Source: Botryllus schlosseri
Taxonomy: Eukaryota
Length of the DNA stretch: 64,000 nucleotides
Assembly (NCBI GenBank): GCA_051294905.1
Contig: CM119378.1
Span: 15,314,001-15,378,000 of the forward strand
Reading direction: 5' to 3'
Of this stretch, positions 11,204-23,867 are shown piece after piece; position 1 is the first letter of the stretch, and every line of letters starts with the position of its first letter. The position numbers and the translations under genes were made by a program. A model generated the notes under the pieces. It searched no databases. It was given only the letters and a program-made list of their open reading frames with translations, and was not told the origin of the DNA.

Positions 11204-14200
11204 ATGAAAGTCAAGTTAGGCCGAGACCGATTTGTGCTTTGGATGTACCTTAGTATATTCCTTCAGCCTTTGCTATACCGCAAACATGTCGCGGCGGAAA
11301 GTGAGAAAGCTAGTATTGGAAATGATACTATTGACGAGCCAGTAATCACAACTAAAAGATATGGTACGAGTTACAATAATATATTGTGCTATTGTGTGTA
11401 TATTGTGCTTGTCTGTATATTTTAACCAGTTCAACATTATTACTCTGCTCAGATCACAACAATGCCAGCAGGATATACACTAAAGACAGGGTCGACGAAG
11501 TCAATACCGCAGAAAATATCACGGTGCTTCAACGATTGATTCGTGATTTATTCAAAGGATACGATAAAGATACGCCACCCATATTAAACCATCAAGATGA
11601 CATTGACATTCAAATTGATCTCACGTACAGACAGGTGACAGCTACATTCACGCCGAAATTATGCAATCTCAAACTATACATTGCATCTTATCGGCCTCTA
11701 TTCGTACAATATACAACACGTACGTCGTACATTGTGCGATTTGCTTTATCATATGAAGCTTTATCCGTTGGTAATGCATGTTGAGCAGTTGAGAACCCTA
11801 CGAATTCTTTCATAGCCCAATTCCAGAATAGGATTAAATCAGTACATTACCGGTACTTCGGGTTCGGGATTAAATGACTAGCATGCCTTATCTTAGCCGC
11901 TTAACACTTAGGCTCTCTAAATAGCATTTACGTTTTTGTAGACTGAATAATTCAGAATTATTTTCAAATCAGTAAACTACTGTTACTCTTACGAAGACGT
12001 TGTCAGGGGCGCCAATGATGATTTCGGCCGCTCAAATTTCATGACGCTGATATTTGGTAAGAGGTGTTCCTATTTCCGTACATCTGACATCATAGATTTC
12101 CCCATTCAAATTTGATCCTGAATCAACCGATCCATGTAGCATGGAGGTACACCCAGTACCGTAATAACAGCACTTCGTCAGCCCCCCCCCAAAAAAAAAC
12201 GTTAGTCATGGGCCCCCATAGGGTAATAAACCGAACATCTAGGGGGCTTCACCCCACAGACCCGCTATTCGGTTGTTCGTTTTTCTCGCTACTTATCACC
12301 AAGATTTGTTGTCCTCTTTGGTGAGTCGGCTTAAGCGCGCGAAGCGCGAAAATGTTCAATAATTCATGATTGAATTGGTCAATAGGATCGCGAATACCAT
12401 TTATATTGCTATCAACTTTTTATCCTCTCTACTCACGTAATCAGATTTACCGGTATGATAGGGCTGAGTGAGTGAGTGAGTCTTGGAAATACAAGACCCG
12501 TAAATAATAATTAAACAATAAACATCTTCGGGCGGACGGACCCATCATTGGTATAATGACTTCGTTACATGATGCTATGCCGTGACCTCTTGTCTGCTAT
12601 ATCAAAAGATATTGAAATTGTTATTTCTTCACTGGCAATTAATTCGTCCCTGCGGATGGCATTTATCTTGTGGGGCTCAGATTGCCAGGACAGGAAAATT
12701 CGGCGCCAGCCATTTAGACGCCTATGGACATTGGACATTGGACAATTAAACATACATGTAGCCTGTATATTGAAGTTTTCGATCAGCATATGGGCATGGG
12801 CAGTCCTATTCGGCCAAGGTTTAATCGCTGCTAATCGTTCTGGCACACTTCTTTGAGTCGCGTGCTACAAGGTCTAAAACTTTATATGTCTTGGTGCGTC
12901 ATGGCGCGGTAATGACCGACGCCGAAACGCCCATTTCTATAAATCATGCGTATATTTTCTTGGGGGAAGAGTACCCACCCAATAACCAAGATATTTGGAA
13001 ACGTTTTGAAAATTTTGAAAAGTTGCATAGATTACTAAAAAAATACTCTATAATTTATCCTAATTCACGAAATAATTTTTGGCCCCCTTCCAGCCCCCCC
13101 CCCCCGCATTGGGGGGTTTGGGGTGCGGGAGTTACGGTCCTGGGTACACCCTTACTCTTATAGACTCATAAATTCCAATGCGTTCTGCGATGATTGAATT
13201 AGCGCTGAAATCAAGACATTGCATAATTTAGGTGATCGATATGAATGAGAAAAATCAAGTCTTGAAAAGCTTGATCTGGTACCGGCAATACTGGACAGAC
13301 GCGAACTTGAAGTGGAAACCGAAAGAATATGAAGGAATAAAGCACGGTACAGTTTCTGTATCTATATGCTATCTCTCTTATCAAAACCGGATTGTTTATA
13401 CTATTATGATTTTAAAACACCCAAGAAGGCTATCAATCTAACATTTTACTCAATACTCAACAGCGATGCCGATGAAGAATAAACTTTTGCAACAAAATTG
13501 TCGCCCCCAGACCCCCCTCAGGCTCTACGCTTTTTGTCGCTACTTATCAGCGACATTGGGACTTGGGAGTACTGTTTAATCTGTTAGCTGATACCGCATA
13601 AATGCACGACGCGCGAAAATTTCTTAAAATTCATGATTTAATAGGTCAATATGATCAAGAATTGCGTATATACAGCTATTAATTTTTTATCCTCTCTCTA
13701 TTCACTTAATCAGATTTAGCGGTAATACAGCTGAGTAAGGTGTGTTGGAAAAAGTAAGACCCCTAAATAATAATTAAACATCTTCGGGCGGATCCGTTGG
13801 TATAATGACTTCGTTACATGATGCTATTTCGTGACCTCCTATCTGCCATGTCAAAAGATATTGAAATCGCCCAAACTTAATAAACTAAAAGACGCACACG
13901 ATTTCATATTGCTATTTCTTTAGTGGCTACTAATTTTTCCTGTGGTATGGCATTTGTCTTGTTGGGTTCAGATCGCCAGAACAGGAACATTCGACGCCAG
14001 CCATTTAGGCGCACGGACAATTAAACATTATCGAAGTTTTGGGTCAGCATAAGGGCAGTCCTTTTCTATCGGCAATACTGTTAGCGAATTCTCATTGAGT
14101 GTGCAAGTGCATGCCTGTTTTCAACACTTTCGTCCATTTTATTACAGGCCAAATTGGAAATTTCATTGATTGATTTCACCAAGTCACTTCGACTCCTTCA

Positions 14201-14795
14201 TCTGCTAGTTGCATCGCAATCTTGTGATGTTTAGAATCCGTGAAACTGATCATAAACGAATGCTGAATCGATCAAGTAATCACGGTAAACTCTGCCAATG
14301 CATTTTAGTCAGCATACCAGCAACGAAAATATGGCGGCCTGACATAGCTGTATACGAAGAAGTCAGCGCCAGGAATTTAACTCCCAGACTGCCGTTCGTA
14401 CGTGTGTTACACACCGGGGAAATAATGTTCGCTGAACCCACTATCTTGGAAACATCATGCAGCGTGAACACAGCGTTCTTCCCATTCGACACTCAGGTAT
14501 ATAATATATATTAATACGTATTAGAAAATTGACAATACCGTGATATGTTTGTGATGCAACTGACGATGATTTGATATCTTTCTTGGCCTTTACCTCTGCG
14601 TAAATGATAGACAGGCGTTAGCTGAATCATTCTATATCCCAGATATGTTACATTACATTTGTGTCGTGGACGCAAACCGTTAAGAACATCGACGTGAGAG
14701 CCAGGAGAAAATCGGAAGCATTGGACAGCGAGTCGCGTCAACTTTTCATTAATAGCGGAGAATGGGTTCTTGAAAGATGTTGGATCACGAAGCAG

Positions 14796-14841
<46 letters not shown>

Positions 14842-17800
14842 TCAACAGTCCGGTATTTCCAAACGATGTCGTGATAATTAAGTAGCATTCGAGTGCAAAA
14901 ATCAACACCCAAGTTTTGTTTTTAGTCGTCCGTTAGACAATTAAATTTTAAAAACATAATTAATAAGAATACAGTGGATTTGTCCTATGAACATGCTTTG
15001 TTCCTCAATGTGTGTTAAACATTTGAATGTATTCAAGAATGTGAGGGTATAGCTATTTTCACAGATTGCAACCTACTATACGGTCATACAACGCGCCGGC
15101 GAATCTCCGGGGAACGAAGTTTCAGAAGTGAGTTGAACTAAACTGGCTTTTGTCCGACTTCATATATTTAATATTACATGTGTATCAAGTGACATATAGT
15201 TTTATACTTTTCAGAAATCCTATGCAAAGATGCCACCTACCCAAAGAACTACTGCTGCTCATGTTGGCAAGAACCTGACTCATAATATGTACGCCGAGGT
15301 AAATATAAAAATACGCAGTGTGAATTGCAAACAACGTAGGCTAGCCTACGTTGAATTAATTAATTGGATCGGCATTGGCATATAGAGTCATAGACAGTAG
15401 GCACGGACCATGTCCCATAGTGCATTACTTGATTATATCGGCGGATTTTAGTAGATCGGTTATGCATTTGTTGATCTTCCAGTTGGTGTTCGCGGTAATG
15501 CTTCGAAGAAACCCATCCCTGTATCTGCAGAGTATGCTCTTTCCCAGCGTAGCACTCACAACTGTCGCGGTATTCGGATTTTACTTACCTCCCAATTCCG
15601 GCGAGAGAGTTGGTCTTCAAATCATCATCTTGCTGACGTTCATGGTGATGTTTTATCGACAATACTCCAACGAATACCTGTCTAAGAATATATAGTCTGT
15701 TGCAGGTTTTCTTGCTGACTGTCGGAGAAATGTTTCCGGCGTCTACCGGTCCATACATAGGCGTCTACTTCGTAATAAGTATGGTTCAACTTGGAGTCAA
15801 TATCGCAATGACGATCTTTGTACTGCACCTGCATTTCAAGCCATGCGTTAGAAATAAGTCGACGTGGATGTCACAAAGATCGCGTTGGTTCATCATGGGA
15901 GGTGTGTAATAATAGCCTCTNNNNNNNNNNNNNNNNNNNNNNNNNNNNNNNNNNNNNNNNNNNNNNNNNNNNNNNNNNNNNNNNNNNNNNNNNNNNNNNN
16001 NNNNNNNNNNNNNNNNNNNNNNNNNNNNNNNNNNNNNNNNNNNNNNNNNNNNNNNNNNNNNNNNNNNNNNNNNNNNNNNNNNNNNATTTAGGCTATACAC
16101 TGCGATAGGGTTAGTCAGTTAGTCTGGGATAGTATACGGCAAGTCCGTAGTCTACGGATATATCAGCTTACAGTTTATACTTAACTGGCACTTCCGCCGT
16201 AGCTGACACGAACGTCCTGTGTTCTGTGTAGTTGTTGACTGCAGTTCAATAGACGACAACAATTGCCTTTTCCAGATATATTGTACGATGGATAGTAATT
16301 AGGATACTTAAAGCAGCAAGTACAGTACAGCGTACATGAGTCTCTTCAATATGAGTCAATTATACCAGTGGTTCTCAACCGCCGGTCCGCCAGGTATATT
16401 GCAATTTTATACCTTAATTTCAAGATGAAATATGTTGAAGGACAAGCCGTTTATAAAATAAATAAAACATCAAATTTTAAACTGATTCAGAGCTTCGTGA
16501 GGTTGCATATTAGGTCTGGAAACATGTTCGATTTGACTTGAAGTTCGAGCCGCGTCATTTGACGACATGTAAGCGACTAGTATGAGCTGATTCACCAAAT
16601 CGCGCAGTTTGCACAATTATTCATTTTCGATAAATTCATTTTGTGCGGGACAGTAACTGCCGCACCCAAACCCCCCAATTGGAGCGGGACCGTGTTTGAA
16701 GGGGTCCAAAATTAATCCGTGAATGAACATAAATTATATAGTAGCTTTTGAAACTTTCTACTACTTTAAAAAATTCTCGCTTTGCGCCATTTAGTATCAC
16801 AAAATGTCTTCATTATTGGGTGCCCTTCCTCCAAGAAATACGGTACACATGATTTATAGAAATAAGAATTTTAGCGTAATCCATTACCGCTCCACGACGC
16901 ACCAACACATAATGAAGTTTAGAATGACATGGGACTCCTAAACGTGTGCCAAAAATTCGGCAGCGAGAAAACCTTGGCCTAAAACGACTGACCTTTGTTG
17001 ACCGAAAACTTCGCCTAAATGGCTGGCGCCGAATCTCGCCGACTGGCAATCTGTGTCCCACAGGACAAATGCCATACCACAGAAAAAAATTATTTTATAG
17101 TGAAGAAATAGCAATTTGGAATCGCGTGTGTCTTTTAGCTTAGAACTGAATTTCAATATCTATTCACCATATAACGCAGGCCACGAAATAATAACAGGCC
17201 CTCCCGGATATGTTTAATAAATAATTACACACCCTAAATTTTCGAAGCCAACACCTCACTCAGCTGTATCGGAACATTTGATAATTCTGAAAGGATAAAA
17301 AAAATATGGCAGCATATATGCAATTATCAATACTATTGACCGATTCAGTCACGAATTATAGAAAATTTTCACGCTCGGTGCGATTAGGTGACATAGACTC
17401 TCTGCCTATAGGCAGAGTATGAGTAGAATGAATGTGCTCACAAGTACTGGTGAAAACATCCATACAACTGTGAGTGTGGAGTCTTTGGGGAAACCCCCAC
17501 AAATTTGGTTTATCACCCTATGGGTGGTCCAAGATCAATGTTTTTCGGGGACTGACAAAGTGCATTTTGGCCCTGAATTTACAGATGGCCAGGCATAGCT
17601 GTTGCCAGGTGTTTTCATGCGATGCATTGTATTCGTAGTAGCCTACGACTGGTGGCAGTGGGCAATAATCAAGGTACCACGACAAGGTGCTTGTTTCGAC
17701 TCCGTAACAATTCTTCTCTCGCTATTGTCGAAGAGAAGAATCTTATTCGAATTAGTGTGGTCGGTTAAATCCACGACCTTCGGCGCGAAAGACTATAAAC

Positions 17801-19762
17801 GACTTTCGGCAACAGCACGTTTATCTGGGCAAGGTAATTTTACCTCGACTCAGCAGAATCACTACCGTACAATCATATGCATACCACCACGAACATAATT
17901 AAGTACGATCAAAACTTTCAATATGCCACTCTCTAGCACCATATGCTTGCAAAAACTGTTGAATACATTACATTTTGGGTTAATTTCAATTTTTAAAAGT
18001 CCGCCGGTCCGCCAAATATTTTTTGAAATTTTACCGGTCCGCGAGGTGAAAAAGGTTGAGAACCACTGAATTATACGATATGCGCTAGGTGATATACCAG
18101 CGATAAGTCACGTGATATAGCATTACCATAACAGATAGGAGAGAGAAGGGGCCAGAGCTCCACAACACGCAGTAAACTCCGTGAAAACGTTGCTGATATA
18201 TAGCATTTTCCTGGATTTGCTTGACGCTAAGATGGAATGTTAATGGTCCCGTACAAACTGATCTCAAATACAAAACGTTTGCGTTCGCCAGGGGAAACGT
18301 TTGAGGGAGAGAGTCTAATACCTGTGCGATATCGCCGCATTCTGCAGTTTCTTTCAAAAATATGCGGTGTGGCGGATGATGAAGCTGCTTGGATGTTACC
18401 GATTTCAAACCCTGATAGCATTCACGAAGGAACAGCAGATCGCAAAGCTGGTACAAGTAATGGTGAAGCGATGATGAAGACTTCGATCGAAAACAGGTTA
18501 ATTCAGAGTTAAGTGGACGACCGTTGCCAGCTTGTCAATATCGGTTAATGTAGTGTTTCTTAACTGGTTTGTAGTTGAAGCCCACTTTCCACTGGGAAAA
18601 TATTCCACGGCCACCTACTTCTCTTCGAAACATTCAAAATATTTTAAGCAATTCTCTCTTTATGACGTAAGACGGACAAGTCAAGACTTGCCTTAAACCG
18701 GAACAAGAGTTTCGGGGTCACCAATCCTTTAGGTTTATTTAAGTAATATTTATAGTCAACTAGTGCAATTTATAATCATGGATTAATCGTGGATTATTTG
18801 CGGCATTTCGCTGAGTCGACCTCTTATTCCTGCTATATACGCGATTAGGACTATCTGCGAATTCGTTCTGATACTTGAAAACAATTCGATATTTGGTATT
18901 AAGTAGAAGAATAAACCGTGAGAAGTATTCATGTATCCACGTCCTGTGTCTGTAAGCGTGATTTTCACGATGGCGCTCTGTCTATATGCACATTGCACAC
19001 CGCACAGCTGTTACCCGCTAGTCGCCAAAACAACAACCTTATATCAAGACCTTCGCGAATCCCTACCATACGGGTGGCTTCATCACGGTTGTGTTACCAT
19101 AACGAAACACATTCCTGGTCAGATCCATAGAAATTTGCGCTACTACAGCACGGCGAACAAACATAACTAATTACGTCATTTTTCAAATATGGTGCGGTAG
19201 CGGTGGTCCATCCCAAAAAGCTCCCATGGCCCACCAGTGGGCCATTGCCTGCTGATTAAAAACCACTACGTTATTATTCCTATTTCATAGTCTAGCACCA
19301 GCGAAATCGTGATCCCCTATGGATGATATTTGCATGACATGTACTTTCCTTTCGGTGACGTTTCTTTGATATGAACAGTACCATAGTAGATTCACTATAC
19401 TTTGCAGTGATCTGGATTATGTGACCGAGGGTCTTGGCAAGCGGCCCACAGACGCACGGGCTGGCGTAGTAACTGACGAAGGTGCGAATGCAACGACAGT
19501 CGAAAAAACAACAGTACACAAAGCTTTTGGCAAGTTTCGATCACAAGTCGACAAGGTGATGGAAGACATCAGGGCGCAGAAGGAATTCGATCAAGAATAT
19601 CAAGATAGCCTGAAACAAGAACGGCAAGAGTGGAAAAGTGTAGCCAGAATGGTCGATAAATTGTTCTTCAGAGTGTACATCTTCATGCTGCTGGCGAGCT
19701 ATGTCGGTTTGGGCATAGTTGCCATTTGCGGAGATAACAATCTGGCATCGGGTGTTGCATGA
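11204..19762 (+). CDS. Nicotinic-type Cys-loop (pentameric ligand-gated ion channel) subunit, non-alpha, extended loop C
   Basis: Phase-consistent exons 11204-11300, 11453-11634, 13232-13346, 14309-14496, 14643-14795, 15065-15127, 15215-15298, 15483-15644, 15706-15901 and last exon 19408-19762. Candidate loop exon 18232-18450; at least one M3-M4 loop exon is unresolved. Motifs: signal peptide, DMNEKNQVL..IWYRQYWTD..LKW, WRPDIAVY, Cys-loop C-SVNTAFFPFDTQI-C, SWT, FINSGEW, LRRNP-M1, SGERV-M2, M3, EWKSVARMVDKLF-M4. Confidence 0.9.
12154..13142 (+). mobile_element. Full-length non-autonomous hAT element, family B (989 bp), in receptor intron 2
   Basis: Termini cagtaccgtaa / gttacggtcctg; exact 8-bp TSD ggtacacc (12146-12153, 13143-13150). 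Confidence 0.92.
13495..14066 (+). mobile_element. Truncated family B copy in receptor intron 3
   Basis: Colinear match to about 12230-12810; both termini missing. Confidence 0.85.
14799..14840. repeat. (GT)n/(GC) microsatellite directly after the exon 5 donor
   Basis: cag|gtttgtgtgtgtgtg...gcgcgcgtgtgtgtg visible in the sequence. Confidence 0.95.
15921..16085. other. Assembly gap (165 N)
   Basis: Run of n; lies in the intron after the M3 exon and could hide an exon. Confidence 1.
16366..18068. mobile_element. Non-autonomous hAT (Charlie/Buster-type) element C carrying a minus-strand family B copy
   Basis: TIR cagtggttctcaacc / ggttgagaaccactg; exact 8-bp TSD aattatac with central TA. Family B at 16646-17575 on the minus strand. 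Confidence 0.92.
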
Positions 19763-19924
19763 CTATCGGGATGAATCTATAACAGCTAGATATATGCATG
19801 CAAACAGTCAATTGCAAACCTATTTCATTTAATACTCATCTGCTCAAGACACAAAATGTAACATGCGATGCACAAGATAAAATGCTATATAATGAACAGA
19901 TTAGAGGATGTTGAAACGACCAAT

Positions 19925-20075
19925 TGCGGTCTCTTGGCCTAGTACCCAACGTCACAGTATTCGATCTTGATCTTTCGGCTGTCCTTCTTTAGACGTTCTT
20001 CCTTGCGTTTTTCGTCCGATTCCATGTCTATATGTCGTTCATCGGGTCTTATCTCTGGGCTTTTTGTAAAGACGC
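19925..20075 (-). mobile_element. SINE family L fragment
   Basis: Reverse complement ggcgtctttacaaaaagcccagagataagacc...actgtgacgttgggtactaggcc aligns with 4748-4878 and then 5158 onward. Confidence 0.5.
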
Positions 20076-21834
20076 CGTAAAAATGAGCCATACATATTGA
20101 TATGAATATGCGATAACTTTTTAGAGAAGTGATAGGTTATAGATATAGAATGTTACGAGGTACGGGAGAGTGCATAATTTCAGCTGGACGGCTGAATCTG
20201 AATCTGTTTGTGGGTCAAACTATAGCCAACATATTTCTTTATCTCAGACTTCCGTGGGAGAAATACCAATTTATTGGTGAGATCGATGCATCAATCTCCG
20301 ACTTTTCGTTTGTTAAATTGCTTCGAACGCAGGCCGTAGCTTATCCATCCTGAACTAGAATATAGGCCTAATGCCCGTGCAAAAACTCCGGTAACTTCAG
20401 TGCAGCTATATGCTTATGGTACGGGCGGGATGGAACTCATCCGGTACGAATGATTGGAGACATAGAACTTCGGGTTTAACTCAAAATTGTTTTACGCTAC
20501 AATCTAATCAGCTCCTCAATCATTTCGTGCTCGGGAACTTCACAGAATAGATTCATTATCCAATGAGGAATTTCTAATTGGAATATATCCTGGAAGCAAA
20601 TCACCATATCATCGTTCAATTTTCTGAAATAATTGATATATGTTTCTCCGTCAAAATCGGGTATTCGAGCTGGACCGATAGCTCATGCAAGCTTGAGAGT
20701 TCGAGCAGTTCACGTGTCGCAAAACATCACTGAATCCCGACAGTGCCGTTTTCACCTTCATCAGGTTTCATCATTGCTATGACCGGATATATTCTACTCA
20801 TAAATTTTGCAAAATATGCTCCTCAAGTAGAAGCGATATCGTTTCTCGCAACAAGAACGCCGTGTCGGAGGCCTCATGTCGTGCCGTGTCGAATGCGCAC
20901 TGCGCAGTGGAAAATCCACAATCGTTTGAAACAGAGAATAAAATGACGCAAGACAGTTTCTCGTAAAAAGCCATCACACCTTGCGGTGACCAATAACTGC
21001 TTAAATACTTCGTAGTTCCCACAGCACGCAATGAACCACGCTTTTCAGGGATACTACTGCCGACTGCTAAATTAGCTCATTGAACGGCAGGATCAACATC
21101 GTTAAGTAACAATGGACTCTTCCTGTACAGCTGAATAAATAGACAGACGACACTAAACTGCCCTGGCTGAATCGATTCTGCATAGCCTATTTACTGCGAA
21201 TGTAGCTGCTTATTTATCAATCGTTTCTACACCACGCAGCAGTTGCCTTCTAAACCCACACCGCCTCATTTGCTCACACCGCCCCCTACCACCTAAGTTT
21301 ATATCCAGCGCCCCTAATCGCCCGTTTCATGGCCAGTGCCCTCTTCCCGCTCGCGAACACCCCCAGGGGGGAGCTGGCACCCACTTTGGATACCACTGCT
21401 ATAGCAGAAGAATAAAACACTCACGGCACACTCACAAGAAAGTTGCTCATAAAAGTAAAATTTACGCGGTAGTGAGACGGCTATTCTTATTATTACGTGC
21501 AACGAGGTTGCATTGGTAAAAACAGACCCGCATTTCGTCGTCAATTCCAAGCTGTCTCTCTCGTGTACAGGCTCAAATATCAGCCAAAAAAATATGTTCA
21601 CCTAGTCATAGAGATGCATGTGGCAATTAAATTCGTGCCTTTGTGCCTATCATGGTATAGGATTTTGAAGGAGACACACAAAACTTCATTATTTTTTGGG
21701 AACCATCAGCGATTAAAAGCGGGACGTTTCTTAGCCCAATGAGAAAGATTGCTTGATTCGTTGCTTCCAAATGGACTAACATACCCGTCTGAAGTTGTGA
21801 ACAACAAATCCTGGAAGGTCCAGTCAGTGACCTC

Positions 21835-23541
21835 GTGTTTAGCGGAGTAATTTTTGTTTATGAGTTGATTCAGGGCTCAGTACTTGGACCGGTCCTTTTC
21901 ACCTTATATGTCAACGACATTTTTGAAACCTCCTCATTGAACACCACACTGTTCGCTGATGATACTCACCTCCTCTCTTCCGCATCTTCGACGGCAGAGC
22001 TGGATGCCCTGACTGGTGACCAAATGCCCAAAGTCCATGAGTGGACGGCCCAGAACAACCTTTGCATAAACGCCTCGAAATCGCAATTGCTGACAGTAAA
22101 TTCAAAAAATAACCTAACCGTTAATATCGCTGGTCAGCCCGTTTCCAACACAGATAATGCCAAATATCTCGGAGTTTTACTGGACTCGAACATGTCCTGG
22201 AAGAGTCATATTCAGTCCCTAGAAACTAAATTATCACCGAAGTGCGGCCTGTTCTACAGCCTTGGGCGCTTCATGCCAGCATGGGTTCTTCTGATACTCT
22301 TTAAATCCTCAGGGTGGCTGAAATGCAAAGAGACGCTGCATGGCCCACTAAGGCCATACTGGAATGATAGAGCCTGTTTATCTACTTATGAAGGACTCCT
22401 GCTCAAAGGGAATCGCTTGGTGATCCCCTGTACGCTGAGACAAGACGTTTTAAGATACCTTCATGATGCTCACCAAGGGGTGATAAAATCCCGACTCAAT
22501 GCATCACAGTCATGCTGGTGGCCTGGAATTTCTAAGGACATTGAAGAAACCGTCAGAAATTGCGAAAAGTGCACGGAGCATCAGCGAGAAAAGGTTGAAC
22601 CGATGCTGTCAGCATCCTTCCCAGAGAGACCCTGGTTCCGTGTTGGTGCCGACTTCTTTCAATACCAGAATTCCATGTACCTGCTAGCCGTTGACTACTA
22701 CTCCAGGGACATTGAGATTTGCATAGTCTCCAAAACAGTGAACGCAGCAGAGACGATTCTGAAATTCAAGAAGATTTTCTGTAGGCATGGCATCTGCGAG
22801 ACTTTGGTCACCGATGGAGCACCTATGTTCTCTTCCCGCGACTTTGCGGCATTTTGCGAAAGCTGGAAAATTGAACATATCATGTCCTCACCTAGATATC
22901 CACAGGGGAACTCGGAGGCTGAGCGTGCCGTTCAGACCATCAAAAACCTTCTGCGAAAATGTGACGATGAATATCTGGCGCTACTCACATACCGCAACAC
23001 GCCATTGGCTATCGGCTACTCGCCGGCAGAATTGAGCATGGGCCGCAAACTAAGAACAAGAGTACCGTGTCATCCAGACGATCTTCTGCCCAAGTCTGTC
23101 GACCGAACCGCCGTGAAGAAAGCTGAAGCAGATTACCGACGCAGAGTTACTCATCGTGATTACAACAAAAGACACAGAGTAGTACCTGGAGATGAGTTCA
23201 AGGTGGGAGATCGCGTCTGGATTCCGGACTGCAAATCGCAAGGTGTTGTGGAAAAACTTGACACTGACACTCAACCCAGATCCTTGGTTATCAGAACTGG
23301 GCGTGGCACCTTCAGAAGAAATCGCCGAATGGTGCGGAGATACCAGACGGAGAATGCCCCGCAAGAAGGCGTCGACATTACCGCCAGTGAGGCAGCTGAA
23401 TTCTTCAAATTTCCCGATCAGGGAGGAGATAGCAGTTCGAGCGCTACTAGTGTCGATCGTGATGACCATCATGAGGCGGCGATAGTCCGACGGTCGGATC
23501 GGAACAGAACCGCACCTCGCAGATACATCGAGGAGTACTGA
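21835..23541 (+). mobile_element. 568-codon chimeric ORF: non-LTR (CR1/L2-type) RT fragment fused in frame to a Gypsy-type integrase
   Basis: About 21862-22300: QGSVLGP...YVND...LFADDT...KYLGV..D.NMSW (C-terminal half of a LINE RT). From about 22310: GW...PYW, HHCC finger (LHDAH...CEKC), DDE core (GADFF, VTDG, AER; 35 residues between the second D and E), LTYRNTP, and C-terminal VGDRVW. Annotated start is GTG. Confidence 0.9.
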
Positions 23542-23721
23542 ATACTGATGTAGTTATAGGAGTAGTGTGTGTAAATATGTTGTGTTCTTCATTCACCTCT
23601 TGCCTGCCAATTGCTTCATACCTTTGTACCGCTAACTGCCTCAATTCGGATTGTTTATTGTCTTCATTCTGTGCTTTCGTCGTATATGTTTGTGCTGCTT
23701 ATAAGCATTTGTGCTTGTCCC

Positions 23722-23867
23722 GAGAAGGGAGATGTAGTGGTAGCTCTATGGCGCCACTAGGGTGTGACGACATCGCAGGTGCTTCGGTGCTTGGTCGTCA
23801 CTGAATACATGGCTGCTTGAGGACTCACGTCTCGTATATTAGACAGACCGTCAGTCACGCTACTACA
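23722..23867 (+). mobile_element. Polypurine tract and single 135-bp LTR
   Basis: PPT gagaagggaga (23722-23732) directly before tgtagt...actaca (23733-23867, 6-bp terminal inverted repeat TG...CA). No second LTR found in the window. Confidence 0.8.

Noticed and set aside
15065-15127. Frameshifted second half of the Cys-loop (attgcaac read as I-C-N)
   Set aside because: The real second cysteine is in exon 14643-14795 (ICYITFVSWT), which completes C-x13-C without a frameshift.
15215-15298. YCC (vicinal cysteines) in another frame of the loop C exon, suggesting an alpha subunit
   Set aside because: That frame (ATYPKNYCCSCWQEPDS*) is out of phase with both neighbouring exons and stops; two compensating errors would be needed.
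15786-16108. ORFs spanning the poly-X stretch
   Set aside because: Artefacts of the N gap.
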